Positions 1-9,700 of a stretch of 64,000 nt of DNA are shown piece after piece. The stretch is from assembly GCA_964579475.1 (NCBI GenBank), contig CAZOFP010000004.1, positions 904-64,903 on the forward strand, given 5' to 3'. The notes below the pieces were generated by a model, which saw only the letters and a list, made by a program, of their open reading frames with translations, did not search any database and was not told where the DNA came from. Positions within the stretch are counted from its first letter, which is position 1; every line of letters starts with the position of its first letter. This DNA is from an uncultured Candidatus Saccharibacteria bacterium (lineage in GTDB: Bacteria; Patescibacteriota; Saccharimonadia; Saccharimonadales; CAYOYH01). A program made the translations under genes and the position numbers.

Positions 1-4
1 TATT

Positions 5-598
5 TTGACGTCTCCTAGGACTTTTAGTAATCGAAGCTACGTCTGGACTAACCCCAGAAGTGATGAAACTGCTAATATGACTAATCTTGTAAACCGTGAG
101 CTTTCGGAATATTCAGCGGAGTATCTAGCTAAAATTGGTCTGAACCAGGTAATACTGGTCGACGATATAAGAAATCGAGCTGGTCAACCTGTGTTGGGGT
201 TTTCTGACCCGCTGGCTGGTGAGATATATCTAAACACTGTAGCGCTTGAGGGCGAATACTCCCGAGCGACGGTTGCCGAACAGACTATTCACCACGAAGT
301 AGCTCATTTCTTGGCGTATACGGTCTATGGCTACTGGTTTGATCGCGACAGCGGTTGGAAAGACCTAGACAGTAATTATTCATATGGAGAAGATGTAGCA
401 GTAAGCAAAGAGTACTTCCCACGCGACGGTTTCGTCAGTCGCTACAGTATGAGCTCACCCGGCGAGGATTTTGCCGAAACTTATAGTCTGCTGTACACAG
501 AGTATTTCAATGATGCCCTGGCAGACGAAGCCAGCAGCAGTGAGCTACTCAGCAAAAAGCTGGAATTCGTTTACCAGACTATTTCTCAGGTGGAGTAG
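5..598 (+). CDS. Putative small zincin-type metallopeptidase; frame is open to the window edge, so possibly 5'-partial
   Basis: ORF track. HHEVAH (HExxH) motif followed by SPGEDFAETYS, an acidic EDFAE-type motif seen in small zinc-binding metallopeptidases. Its 3' end overlaps the convergent gene by 20 nt. Confidence 0.5.
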   Translation: MTSPRTFSNRSYVWTNPRSDETANMTNLVNRELSEYSAEYLAKIGLNQVILVDDIRNRAGQPVLGFSDPLAGEIYLNTVALEGEYSRATVAEQTIHHEVAHFLAYTVYGYWFDRDSGWKDLDSNYSYGEDVAVSKEYFPRDGFVSRYSMSSPGEDFAETYSLLYTEYFNDALADEASSSELLSKKLEFVYQTISQVE

Positions 599-2027
599 GC
601 TTGGTGTCGGGCGAGTTTCCAGATCGTCGGGATAACATGCGGCTGACCGTTTGAGACAGGGTTTCGTTTTCTTCCTTTTGGTCGCGGATATAGTAGGCGA
701 GCGCTGCAACTAGACTGATTAGTGTAGCGACGATGATGACTAGTAGCCAAGGAATGGTACGAAAATCTTTGGTGACCGAAACAGAGAAATAATAAACGTC
801 CTCGCAGCCTTGGGCGTCGGTGATTGCTAGGCTGCCGTTGTACTGACCGATGTCTTTGTACACGTGGTGATAGGAAGTGTTGTTGTCGCGGTAAAGGGTA
901 ATGTTCTCGATGGTGGCGTCGCCCCAATCTAGAAGTATTTGATACTCGGGGTTGCCAGATTTCAAAATCATTTCCAGGTTGACACCATCGTTACGCCTCA
1001 GCCCCCAGAAACGAACGTTCTCCAGCTCCAGCAGTGGTCGACAGGTCGTGATATCGCCACTGAAGAAGACGAGCACCGGTTCGGAAAACTCTGTACAGGT
1101 GCCGTCGACACAGGCACGAGCGGTTAAGGAATTCTGCGTGTTGGTCATGTTGAAAATAAAGTTCCAGTCGCCTAGCGGGTTAGAGAACGCCGAGCCAACA
1201 AGCTTGCCGTCGGCGAAGAGTTCTATTTGAGTATTCGCCGGCCCGATACCACTAACGGTGACTTCTTTGGAGCTGGTTAGACTGCGGTTTTTGGGACTGG
1301 TGATTTGAGGTGTGGTCAGCTCGCTAGGATAGAGATTGCCTTGGTCGCCGGGGAAGCGCCGGGCAGTCCTAAAAATATAGTCGTCGGATTCTTTGCTGAG
1401 TTGCCCGTTTACCTCCGAGACTACAGAGTAGGTATGAGTACCTAATGCATACAGCGAGGTGTCGGCAATCACCCACCAGTTACCCAGTTCGTTAGCTTTG
1501 GACACTAGGGTGAAATTGTTGTTGATGTTCAGATTAACATTGGCGTTGGGGCAGGTGAAGCCACGGAACGTCAGGTAGTCGCCGATGATGACCGGGTCTT
1601 TGTCGTGGTAAACGGTTGGTGGCAGAAATACATCGAGTGCGTTGTCTTCATGGGCGTTTAGCGAGGTGCTAAACTCGGCAGTTGAGGAGATATTTTGGAA
1701 TCTGTCTTCCTGAAAGATCTGAAGTTTTTGCAGGCCGTAGCTCTGCGAGCCAATAAATTTCGAGAAGTAGCCAAAATTGTTGGCTACTACCGTCCCGATA
1801 GGGGTGTTGTTTTCAAAAATGGTTACAAAAGCACTAGGTGAGGCGCAGCCGCTTACCGTCAGGGTACCTTCAGGAACAGAAAGTTGTACTGGTTCACCTG
1901 GGGCTTCTGTTGGCACACCACTAGGAACGGTGGTGGTGTCGCCGGTTGCAAATACTAAGCTACTGAATACACTCAGTGACATAAGTACACCGACGATTAG
2001 AGTTAGCCTAATAAACAGATTTTTCAA
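579..2027 (-). CDS. Exported surface protein: signal peptide, three Ig-like (Big-type) repeats, PKD-like domain, C-terminal TM anchor
   Basis: N-terminal hydrophobic signal (LIVGVLMSLSVFSSLVFA). Repeated pattern vTVSG...G.W. PKD-like segment LLDWGDAT...YHHVYKDIGQYNGSLAITDAQGC. C-terminal TM IPWLLVIIVATLISLVAALAYY. TTG start with GGTGG upstream. Confidence 0.6.
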   Translation of the reverse strand: MKNLFIRLTLIVGVLMSLSVFSSLVFATGDTTTVPSGVPTEAPGEPVQLSVPEGTLTVSGCASPSAFVTIFENNTPIGTVVANNFGYFSKFIGSQSYGLQKLQIFQEDRFQNISSTAEFSTSLNAHEDNALDVFLPPTVYHDKDPVIIGDYLTFRGFTCPNANVNLNINNNFTLVSKANELGNWWVIADTSLYALGTHTYSVVSEVNGQLSKESDDYIFRTARRFPGDQGNLYPSELTTPQITSPKNRSLTSSKEVTVSGIGPANTQIELFADGKLVGSAFSNPLGDWNFIFNMTNTQNSLTARACVDGTCTEFSEPVLVFFSGDITTCRPLLELENVRFWGLRRNDGVNLEMILKSGNPEYQILLDWGDATIENITLYRDNNTSYHHVYKDIGQYNGSLAITDAQGCEDVYYFSVSVTKDFRTIPWLLVIIVATLISLVAALAYYIRDQKEENETLSQTVSRMLSRRSGNSPDTKPTPPEK

Positions 2028-2074
2028 GTTACCACCACTACTTATTTTTGTTTACGTATCCGCGTCAGTATGGG

Positions 2075-3004
2075 CTATTTGCCAGAAAGGGCTTTACCAG
2101 CTTTAGACAAACGTCCTCGGTATCTAACAGCACCGTACGCTAGCAGTATTACACCCAAAGTCACTGGAATAATCACCTTATAAGGGAAAACCGTAAACGA
2201 AGTGCTGTCGGTCAGGATTGTGCCATCTGCACCGTAGACAAGTGTTAGGTCGGCGGTGTATTTGCCGACAGTGAAGCCACTAGGTGCCCAGTCGTTGACT
2301 AGTTTTCTGGTTGAGGTTGGTAGGACATTCTTTTCTTCTAGGTCGATAGTGGCGACAACGTTACCGAAGAAGTTTTTGATTTCAATAGTGCCGCTTGGTT
2401 TGAAGTGAACGTTACCAGTGTTCGTGACTCGTGTTTCAAACGTCACAGGACCCTTCTCCCAGAACGAATCGGTGGTGAAGCTAGCGATTTCGGCACCTTC
2501 TACTAGGTCGCCAGATACGCTGGTTAGAATCAATGGTCCAATTTCTTGGCTGACTGCTGCGCCAGATCCGTCGATGTCTATCGGATCAGTCTGGACGATG
2601 ATTGAGCCAAGGTGGCTGCCTGGTTCTGCACCAGCTGGGAGGTTTATTGAGAACTCGAAAACTTGTGAACCACGGGCTGGAACTGTGACCTTCGTTGGGC
2701 TGACAGTAATCCAACTAGCCAGCGAGAACGATGTGCTGTCTTCGGTTAAGTTTACGCCACCGTCTTCACCCGCTGGTGTAAAGTTCTTTGGTGTGGCGTT
2801 AAGAGTTAGGTCGATATCTGTGCCGTTAACTATCTTGAAACTCTCTGTGACGATGTCTCCTGGATCGGCGCTAATCTCAAAGACCTGTGGACTCACACTT
2901 AGAGCCACTGTACTTGTATCTTGCTGTGCCAGTGCTAGACCTGCAAAAATCGCCATAGTTGAGACTAGGGCGCCCACCGCCAAAAGATGTAACTTGTATT
3001 TCAT
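2075..3004 (-). CDS. Membrane-tethered protein with two beta-sandwich-like domains (CscA / DUF916-DUF3324-like architecture), copy 1
   Basis: Signal peptide (AIFAGLALAQQ), then two segments with the pattern PG...f.v.N.g, then a C-terminal TM (IIPVTLGVILLAYGAV) and basic tail. SD GGAGGAG precedes the ATG. Paralogous in layout to 5653..6765. Confidence 0.55.
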   Translation of the reverse strand: MKYKLHLLAVGALVSTMAIFAGLALAQQDTSTVALSVSPQVFEISADPGDIVTESFKIVNGTDIDLTLNATPKNFTPAGEDGGVNLTEDSTSFSLASWITVSPTKVTVPARGSQVFEFSINLPAGAEPGSHLGSIIVQTDPIDIDGSGAAVSQEIGPLILTSVSGDLVEGAEIASFTTDSFWEKGPVTFETRVTNTGNVHFKPSGTIEIKNFFGNVVATIDLEEKNVLPTSTRKLVNDWAPSGFTVGKYTADLTLVYGADGTILTDSTSFTVFPYKVIIPVTLGVILLAYGAVRYRGRLSKAGKALSGK

Positions 3005-3087
3005 CTACTCCTCCAAAATTGATGTTGTAATAAAGTTTAATCCTTTGACCTCTAGTTCTCAAGTCTTTTAGCTGTGGTTTTTGGGAA

Positions 3088-3122
3088 AACAAAAACCCGG
3101 CTCGACCAAGAACCGGGTTTTG
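3088..3122 (-). terminator. Rho-independent terminator after the 351-aa paralog 1 (hairpin usable on both strands)
   Basis: AACCCGG (12-nt loop) CCGGGTT stem flanked by A-run and T-run. It sits 18 nt downstream of the stop at 3140. Confidence 0.6.
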
Positions 3123-3139
3123 AACAAAGAGCTAACTGT

Positions 3140-4195
3140 TTAGTAGGTTGCTACTATGGTGTAGATCATCGTTGTGCTGTATGTACCAGCAGGGGTATCA
3201 CTCTGGATACCAACTTGTTGACCGACACGTACTGTTTCAGAACCAGCGGTAGCTGCGGCGTTAGTCATCACTAGGTCATTTGAAGTAGTGAAACCAGCCC
3301 AGGTGTTAGCTGTGAACTGAGTAAGATCAGCATCTTCCGTGGTGTAGCCCCAAGCTTCGGTGCCAGCTGCTGGGAAGGAAGTCGGTGCAGCGTTGGTACC
3401 AGTGTGGTTGGCGATTACATCACTAGATTCATTAGTTAACTGACCAGTGTGTCTAAGGTAGACGTTGTAGCCGCCTGAAGCATTGGTTGTTACTGCTAAG
3501 TCATGAGCTGCAATTCCGTTGGCAGAAGTCGTAACTGCCGTGCCGAAATCGATGCCAGTTGCAGTTGAGAGGATAGAAGTAGTAGCGCTGTTTACGAGTT
3601 GACCAGAAGCTACTGCGTTAACTACGAAAAGAAGGGTTGGCTCAAGAGTCAAAGAAACAAGCGTTCCATCTTTGTAGGCGAAAGCGATGGTCGTAGTATC
3701 GACTTCGTTACCGCCAGTACAACCAGCGTCAGTGTATGTGTTGATTAACGCATAGTAAGTTTGATCGGTATCGCCGTTGGTTACAGCTCCCCAAATTACA
3801 TTACCGTTGGCTGCAGGTGTTTCACCGGTTACATTAGTAATTCTGAGCGTGCCGTTGGAAGAGTTGTCTACACTCCAGCTACCAGCCGTTATAAGAGTAG
3901 ACGAAACGAGCGTCGAGCTTGTTGTAGTGATGGCATTTGGTATTGCTCCTGCGCCATCTGCTTGATCGTTTAGGGCAACTTCAATACAACCTATCGTAGT
4001 ACCGGTAGTAAAGCTAGAAGCTCCAACCGTGTATGTTGACGTTGTGGAGGTTCGTGAATCTCCGAGTTCGAGTGATGCTGAGGTTAAGCTAGCTGCTGAA
4101 ACTGATGCTAGATTACCCAGTACCATCATTAATGTGGCAGCTGCGACTACTACTTGCAGCACGCGCTTACCAAGGAACGTGGTGGACCTAATCAT
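3140..4195 (-). CDS. Secreted 351-aa surface/fibre subunit candidate, paralog 1 (variable N-terminal half plus shared C-terminal module ending TIVATY)
   Basis: Signal peptide ending SVSA. T/S/A/G/N-rich beta-type composition with only two Cys. AAGGAG SD. Has its own promoter-like site and terminator. The C-terminal 166 aa are homologous to the C-terminus of the 2102-aa protein. Confidence 0.6.
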   Translation of the reverse strand: MIRSTTFLGKRVLQVVVAAATLMMVLGNLASVSAASLTSASLELGDSRTSTTSTYTVGASSFTTGTTIGCIEVALNDQADGAGAIPNAITTTSSTLVSSTLITAGSWSVDNSSNGTLRITNVTGETPAANGNVIWGAVTNGDTDQTYYALINTYTDAGCTGGNEVDTTTIAFAYKDGTLVSLTLEPTLLFVVNAVASGQLVNSATTSILSTATGIDFGTAVTTSANGIAAHDLAVTTNASGGYNVYLRHTGQLTNESSDVIANHTGTNAAPTSFPAAGTEAWGYTTEDADLTQFTANTWAGFTTSNDLVMTNAAATAGSETVRVGQQVGIQSDTPAGTYSTTMIYTIVATY

Positions 4196-4267
4196 AGGTG
4201 TTCTCCTTAATTGTTTTGTTGTTATTTATTTTGCTGTCTGCTGTTTGCAGACTTAAAGCGTAACTAC

Positions 4268-4296
4268 TTTATATCACGGTTATTTGCACCGCTCAA
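4268..4296 (-). promoter_or_regulatory. Promoter-like site TTGAGC-17 nt-TATAAA for paralog 1
   Basis: Reverse complement of 4291-4296 is TTGAGC and of 4268-4273 is TATAAA, with a 17-nt spacer. The identical hexamers and spacing recur upstream of paralog 2. Confidence 0.5.
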
Positions 4297-4380
4297 CACC
4301 CCTGTGGCTAGTTTGTGGACAATTAACACTACGAGATAATAATTATTAAAATCTGTAGAACTCAATAAATATTGCTAAAT

Positions 4381-4412
4381 AAACCAAAACCCCGGCTCAA
4401 TTGAGCCGGGGT
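4381..4412 (-). terminator. Rho-independent terminator after paralog 2
   Basis: Perfect palindrome CCCCGGCTCAA|TTGAGCCGGGG followed on the minus strand by TTTTGGTTT. Confidence 0.7.
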
Positions 4413-4447
4413 CTGCATTTTAGATTCTAACTTCTAGTATCTATCGT

Positions 4448-5503
4448 CTAATAGGTAGCTACCAGAGTGTAAATCATCGTGGTGCTGTACGTACCAGCAG
4501 GGGTGTCAGTAGCGATACCGACTTGTTGTCCGACACGTACGGTATCGGTGCCAGCTGTGGCTGCTGCGTTGGTCATCACTAGGTCATTTGAAGTAGTGAA
4601 ACCAGCCCAGGTGTTAGCTGTGAACTGAGTAAGATCAGCATCTTCCGTGGTGTAGCCCCAAGCTTCGGTGCCAGCTGCTGGGAAGGAAGTCGGTGCAGCG
4701 TTGGTACCAGTGTGGTTGGCGATTACATCACTAGATTCATTAGTTAACTGACCAGTGTGTCTAAGGTAGACGTTGTAGCCGCCTGAAGCATTGGTTGTTA
4801 CTGCTAAGTCATGAGCTGCAATTCCGTTGGCAGAAGTCGTAACTGCCGTGCCGAAATCGATGCCAGTTGCAGTTGAGAGGATAGAAGTAGTAGCGCTGTT
4901 TACGAGTTGACCAGAAGCTACTGCGTTAACTACGAAAGTTAGAGTAGGTTCGATTGTCAGAGAGACGAGGGTTCCGTCCTTGTAGGCAAAAGCCATAGTT
5001 ACGGTGTCGACTTCATTGCCGCCAGTACAAGATGCATCTGTGTAGGTAGTGAGTAGGGCGTAATATGTTTGGTCGGTGTTGCCGTTGGTTACTGCTCCCC
5101 AAACTACATTGCCGTTTGCTGCCGGTGTTTCACCGGTTGCGTTGGTAATACTAAGGGTTCCGTTCGTGCCGTTGGCTACAGTCCAGCTGCCGGTGGTGAT
5201 AAGCGTTGATGAATCTAGCGTTGAGCTAGTAGTAGTGATACCAGCTGGAATAGCTCCTGCGCCATCTGCTTGATCGTTAAGGGCGACTTCAATACAGCCT
5301 ATTGAAGTTCCGGTGGTGAAGCCGGAAGCTGTAGTCGTATAAGTTGATGTTGTGGAAGTACGTGAATCGCCAAGCTCTACAGATGCTGAGGTAAGTGTTG
5401 CTGCCGAAACAGATGCCACATTACCAAAAATCATCATTGCCGTAGCCACTAAAGCTACTGCTTGAATTACGCGTTTTCTTACCAACGCTAAAGACCTATT
5501 CAT
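4448..5503 (-). CDS. Secreted 351-aa surface/fibre subunit candidate, paralog 2
   Basis: Same length and layout as 3140..4195. Signal peptide ends SVSA. A central 122 aa are identical to paralog 1. C-terminus is TLVATY. AAGGAG SD. Confidence 0.6.
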   Translation of the reverse strand: MNRSLALVRKRVIQAVALVATAMMIFGNVASVSAATLTSASVELGDSRTSTTSTYTTTASGFTTGTSIGCIEVALNDQADGAGAIPAGITTTSSTLDSSTLITTGSWTVANGTNGTLSITNATGETPAANGNVVWGAVTNGNTDQTYYALLTTYTDASCTGGNEVDTVTMAFAYKDGTLVSLTIEPTLTFVVNAVASGQLVNSATTSILSTATGIDFGTAVTTSANGIAAHDLAVTTNASGGYNVYLRHTGQLTNESSDVIANHTGTNAAPTSFPAAGTEAWGYTTEDADLTQFTANTWAGFTTSNDLVMTNAAATAGTDTVRVGQQVGIATDTPAGTYSTTMIYTLVATY

Positions 5504-5587
5504 AGGCGTTCTCCTTTTTGTTTTTGTTTTGTTGTTTTTATTTTGCGGTGCCCACTGCTAGTCGAGAGAGGGCTAAAGCATAAGTAA

Positions 5588-5616
5588 TTTATACCATGTC
5601 GCAACTAACTGCTCAA
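5588..5616 (-). promoter_or_regulatory. Promoter-like site TTGAGC-17 nt-TATAAA for paralog 2
   Basis: Reverse complement of 5611-5616 is TTGAGC and of 5588-5593 is TATAAA, with a 17-nt spacer. Same geometry as 4268-4296. Confidence 0.5.
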
Positions 5617-5652
5617 TACCTCTGTGAGTTAGCTGTGGATAACTGGCTTGGT

Positions 5653-6765
5653 TTATCTTATGATAATTTTCCTTTTTCTTTGTCTTTGGGCGTGGTGTGG
5701 ACTTGGCGCGTGGTCAGGCTTTCTACTAGATGTGCCGCTAAGCAAATCGTCGATTTTACTTGAGTCCATGGAAAGTCGAGCCATGTCTTGAGGTCTGTTC
5801 TCGGATTCGTTGTGCTTTCTTTTGAGGATACGAGGGCCGATACGAATACCCTTGAAGCGCCAAAGTAAACGTCTGATGGGTTTTTTGAGTATGAAGGCGG
5901 CAACAAGCACCGATACAGCCATTAGACTTAGGAAAAATATCAGACTTACGAAGTTTGGTAAAAACACAATCGTTCCAGTGTCTAGAGAAGCGAACTGGGT
6001 TGGCGAACCATAGGACAGGTCAATCTCGACTCGATGTAGGCCAACTCGGCCACCAGTTGACCATCTGACATCGTAGCTTTTTGTAGTGTTTGGCAATATA
6101 AGTTGTGGTGGCACAGAAATACTGTCAACTAATCGATCGCTTCGGTCGTAAAGCTTGACTGTTGCAGTCGGCAGAATATGAGTGTTCCCGGTGTTGGCGA
6201 TATTAAAAGATAAGGTTTGATCTTCGCCAAAGACAAAGAAAGGAGTGTCTAGCTGCTCGATAGTAGCTTCCTCTTGAGCATCGCCAGCGACGTTAATAAA
6301 TGCTAGCGAAGTAAGTGTCGGTGTGACTATTGAACCAGAAGCTGACTGTTGTTGAGTTGAAGTAGTTGTGAAGGTGACCATAGCATAGTGTCCGCCAGGC
6401 CCAGCATTTTCCGGTACTAGAAACTGAACGTCAACTGACCGTTGCTCCCCAACGTCTAGCAAGAATTTTCTACCTTTGTCTATGAGCCAGGTTGATGCAT
6501 CAATGTCTTTACGCTTTTGTTGGTTAATGTCGGGGTCGTTTGGTATCAGAGACTGTGCACCGACTTCCACGCCGACGGGGGTTCCAGAGATGTTTTGAAT
6601 AAATATTGTCGCTGAGACTGTCGTGCCGGGTTCTGTGGCGAGCTCAACAATTGCTGGTCTAAGGGCGAGGCCGATTTCTTGTTCGGCTTCAGCCGCAAAA
6701 ACGAGCCGAGGGACACCAATGAATGTCAGTATTGCTAGTCCCACCAGTAAAGTTATTTTACGCAT
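5653..6765 (-). CDS. Membrane-tethered protein with two beta-sandwich-like domains (CscA / DUF916-like architecture), copy 2, with long basic cytoplasmic tail
   Basis: Signal peptide (LVFAAEA). Two PG...v.N.sG-type segments. TM FVSLIFFLSLMAVSVLVAAFIL. K/R-rich tail. The ATG at 6765-6763 overlaps the TGA of the upstream giant gene (TGATG), implying translational coupling. Confidence 0.55.
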   Translation of the reverse strand: MRKITLLVGLAILTFIGVPRLVFAAEAEQEIGLALRPAIVELATEPGTTVSATIFIQNISGTPVGVEVGAQSLIPNDPDINQQKRKDIDASTWLIDKGRKFLLDVGEQRSVDVQFLVPENAGPGGHYAMVTFTTTSTQQQSASGSIVTPTLTSLAFINVAGDAQEEATIEQLDTPFFVFGEDQTLSFNIANTGNTHILPTATVKLYDRSDRLVDSISVPPQLILPNTTKSYDVRWSTGGRVGLHRVEIDLSYGSPTQFASLDTGTIVFLPNFVSLIFFLSLMAVSVLVAAFILKKPIRRLLWRFKGIRIGPRILKRKHNESENRPQDMARLSMDSSKIDDLLSGTSSRKPDHAPSPHHAQRQRKRKIIIR

Positions 6766-9700
6766 CAATAGGTAGCCGTTATGGTGAAGATTATTATAGT
6801 TTGGTAATCGCCAGCTTCTTGGCTTGAGCTGGTCGTAACTCTATGGGTAATGATGAAGTTTTCGTTGGCAACAGAAGTTCCAGAAATAGTTGCGGTGTGG
6901 TCGGCCACGATATCACCAGGTGCAACTAGAGAGAACGGAGCGTAGCAGGGAGGGTTGCCACCGCCAGCACAAGGAGCGCTGTTAAATAGATTTGAGCCTT
7001 GAATGCTGCTGTCATTTGAAGTGTAGCCATACCCTGTGTCACCACCTTGCCAGGTGTCTGGCGAGACGTAGGTTCCACCGTTAAACATCTGTATAGTGTC
7101 CAATCCACCACTCGTCAAAAGTCCGGAAGCATAGGCTCGGACGGTGTAACCGTTGTAAGCATTTGTACTTGTCGTAAGGGTGGTTGATTTGGTTGAAGTA
7201 AAACTATTGGTACTGTTTAGATTGTCGAACTGGACGGTCATTGGTGAGCTAATGAAACTAAGAGTTGGCGCGATCAGCTGGCCGTCTGAACTCTGGACGC
7301 TTTGGTTGCCGGCACTGTCGGTGGCACGGACATTGAAATAATATGGCTGTGAAGTATTTAGAGTTAGCAAGCTATCGGTAATACTGGTAGCCAACACCAC
7401 GTCCGTCCAAGTCTTGATGTTAGTGGTGCTCGGGATGGTACCGATTGAGTATTCATACTTGCTGACTCCCGATCCTGCGTCTGTTATATTCCAGTTTGCG
7501 GACAGCGTATTTAGAGAACCATCGTTGTAGTCGACATCGACGCCCGTGGTAGTGCCGTCATAGACAGTTCCAGCTGGTGACGTAGTATCAACACCAAAGT
7601 CCCTACTGGTCTCGGCGTTACCACCAAAACTAATCCAGGCTGAATAAGCACCTAGGGCGTCCTTGACCCTGACTTGCCAGTGGTAATCTTGCCCAGTGGT
7701 TAAACCAGAAATTGTTACGTCGGCTGGTACGGCAGTGCCGGAATAATTAACGTTGGAACCACATGAAGTTTCGGTATTGGTAAACGCTGTACCGAGTTGC
7801 TGGACTTCGACGCAGAGACTAAGCACGTCACTAGAGTTTCCGTCGCTAACACTAGCAGTGAATTTGACGGAAGTTTCGTTGGTGAAAGCGTTAACAGCAA
7901 TACTGGTATCGTCTGTCTTCTTTTGGTCTAGTGAAGTAGGGCTATTTGGGTTTTGCGGCGCTTCAGTAGAGATGGTTGTAACTTTTGGATAACGGGTGTA
8001 CTGGATTACGCTGCCGCTTGTGCTAACGGCGCGGAAACAATAAGTTGTTACGGCGGGTGCGCCGTTGTTCTCAACAACCCAGTCCCACTCAGCTCGTTGA
8101 TTCTTAGGGATTACGTTTGGGTTGGTAGCTGAATTGTTTGATTCTTCGTAGGTCATGAGAACATTAACTCCGCCATCGAGCAGTGAGCTGGGTAGAGTCG
8201 AGCCATCAGTGGTTGGTCCACCTTGGTTATTACCACGCCAAATTATGCCACTGCCGATGCCGCCAACGTCAGTCCACGTACCAGCAGCTGCGCAGTCAGA
8301 TGCGGCAGAATACTGTAATTTTAGGTCGAAATTGCCTACAGGTTGGTCATAGACTGTGTTTTGAGCAGCCATCCTCAGGCGTATGACATCATTTGTCGCG
8401 ACATTCAGTATGTCTTCATTTTCGTTTCCAAGCGGCGTTGTTGGAGTGACGCTATTTTGTCCGGCATACCAGCGGAAACCGTCTTGGTCGAGCACTAGGG
8501 CATTTTCTAGAGGGCCAGATTCAATGGCTAGCCAAGCATTGGTGTCTGCAGCATGAGTGTCACAGGTGTCTGTGGTATCAATTTCGCAGAAATGAACCTT
8601 AGCGCCTGTAAGTGTTACATCTTTAGCTTCGTCAATTTCAACATCTTGGCCACCGTTGTCGGTTTGTGATGCCGAAATTAAGATTGGGATAGCCGAGAAA
8701 GGCTGGGCAAAGGTGACAGAGGCCCAAGAATCAGAATCGGTATCAATAGACCAGCTACCATTGTCGAACTCACCCAAGAAAGGTTCGTTGCCAGGCTCGA
8801 CGGCTACCCAGCCGACTGTTTCGTTGCCATGAGCACTGTCGCAAGCATCGTTATTGCCTAGCAGCTGGTCGCAGATTCCAGCATTGAAATTGGTGGTAGT
8901 GGTACTGTTGATGACGACTTCTATTGGGAACTCTGTGCTATTGACCGTGTTGACATTAGAGAAAACTAGAGGCGTTGTACCGTATGTACCAGCGTAGTTG
9001 ATTGTGTAATTGGAGCTGTCATCTGCGCCACTGGCCGTGAAGGTACCAGCCTCGATACCGGTCGTTGTCGCGGCAACTGCTGCGTCAATAACCATGTAAC
9101 CGACGGTTTCCGAGATGTGAGTATCGCAGCCGTTGGCCGTTGAACCCTGTGAATCGCAGACACGCATCTGGGCGCTGGTAGTGGTAACGTTTCTAGACTC
9201 AAACACCAATGCCGGCGTGCCAGCACGAGTGTTGGTCGTACCAACAACGACGGGTGTTGTATAGGTGCTAGCAAAAGTGATTGTTGTCCAACCGCCATCG
9301 ACAGCCGAAGCAAAAGAACCTGTTTCACCGAGCGTAGAGAAGACAACTTTGGTGGTCGAAACGCTAAGCTCAGGAAGAACCTGGTAGCCGTCGAGTGCAG
9401 CGGCAGCGGTTGTGTCATAGAGTCTGAAACAATAAGTTTCACCGCCGATGGAATCTTCGGTCATTTCAATGGCATATTCAAGCTCGGTGTAGTAGCTAAC
9501 AGGCAAAGGACCGATAGAGCCAGTAGTGTCAGCGCTTTTGCGACCTTCACCGCTCAGGAAGCTGTAGCTTTCGGTGTTTGCCAGTAGGCCACCAGTCGTT
9601 AGTGTGCCGTCCGGGTTGATATTAGAGCTGTTATACATGGCGACAGCGTCGGTTGCGCTGCTGCCGACACCAGTCCAAGTAGTGACGCTGCTACAACTAG

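Noticed and set aside
3264-4937. The 366-bp identical block as a diversity-generating retroelement template/variable repeat pair.
   Set aside because: The two copies are identical rather than differing at adenine positions. The block is much longer than typical TR/VR pairs. Both copies lie in the middle of full-length paralogous genes, and no reverse transcriptase is present in the window.
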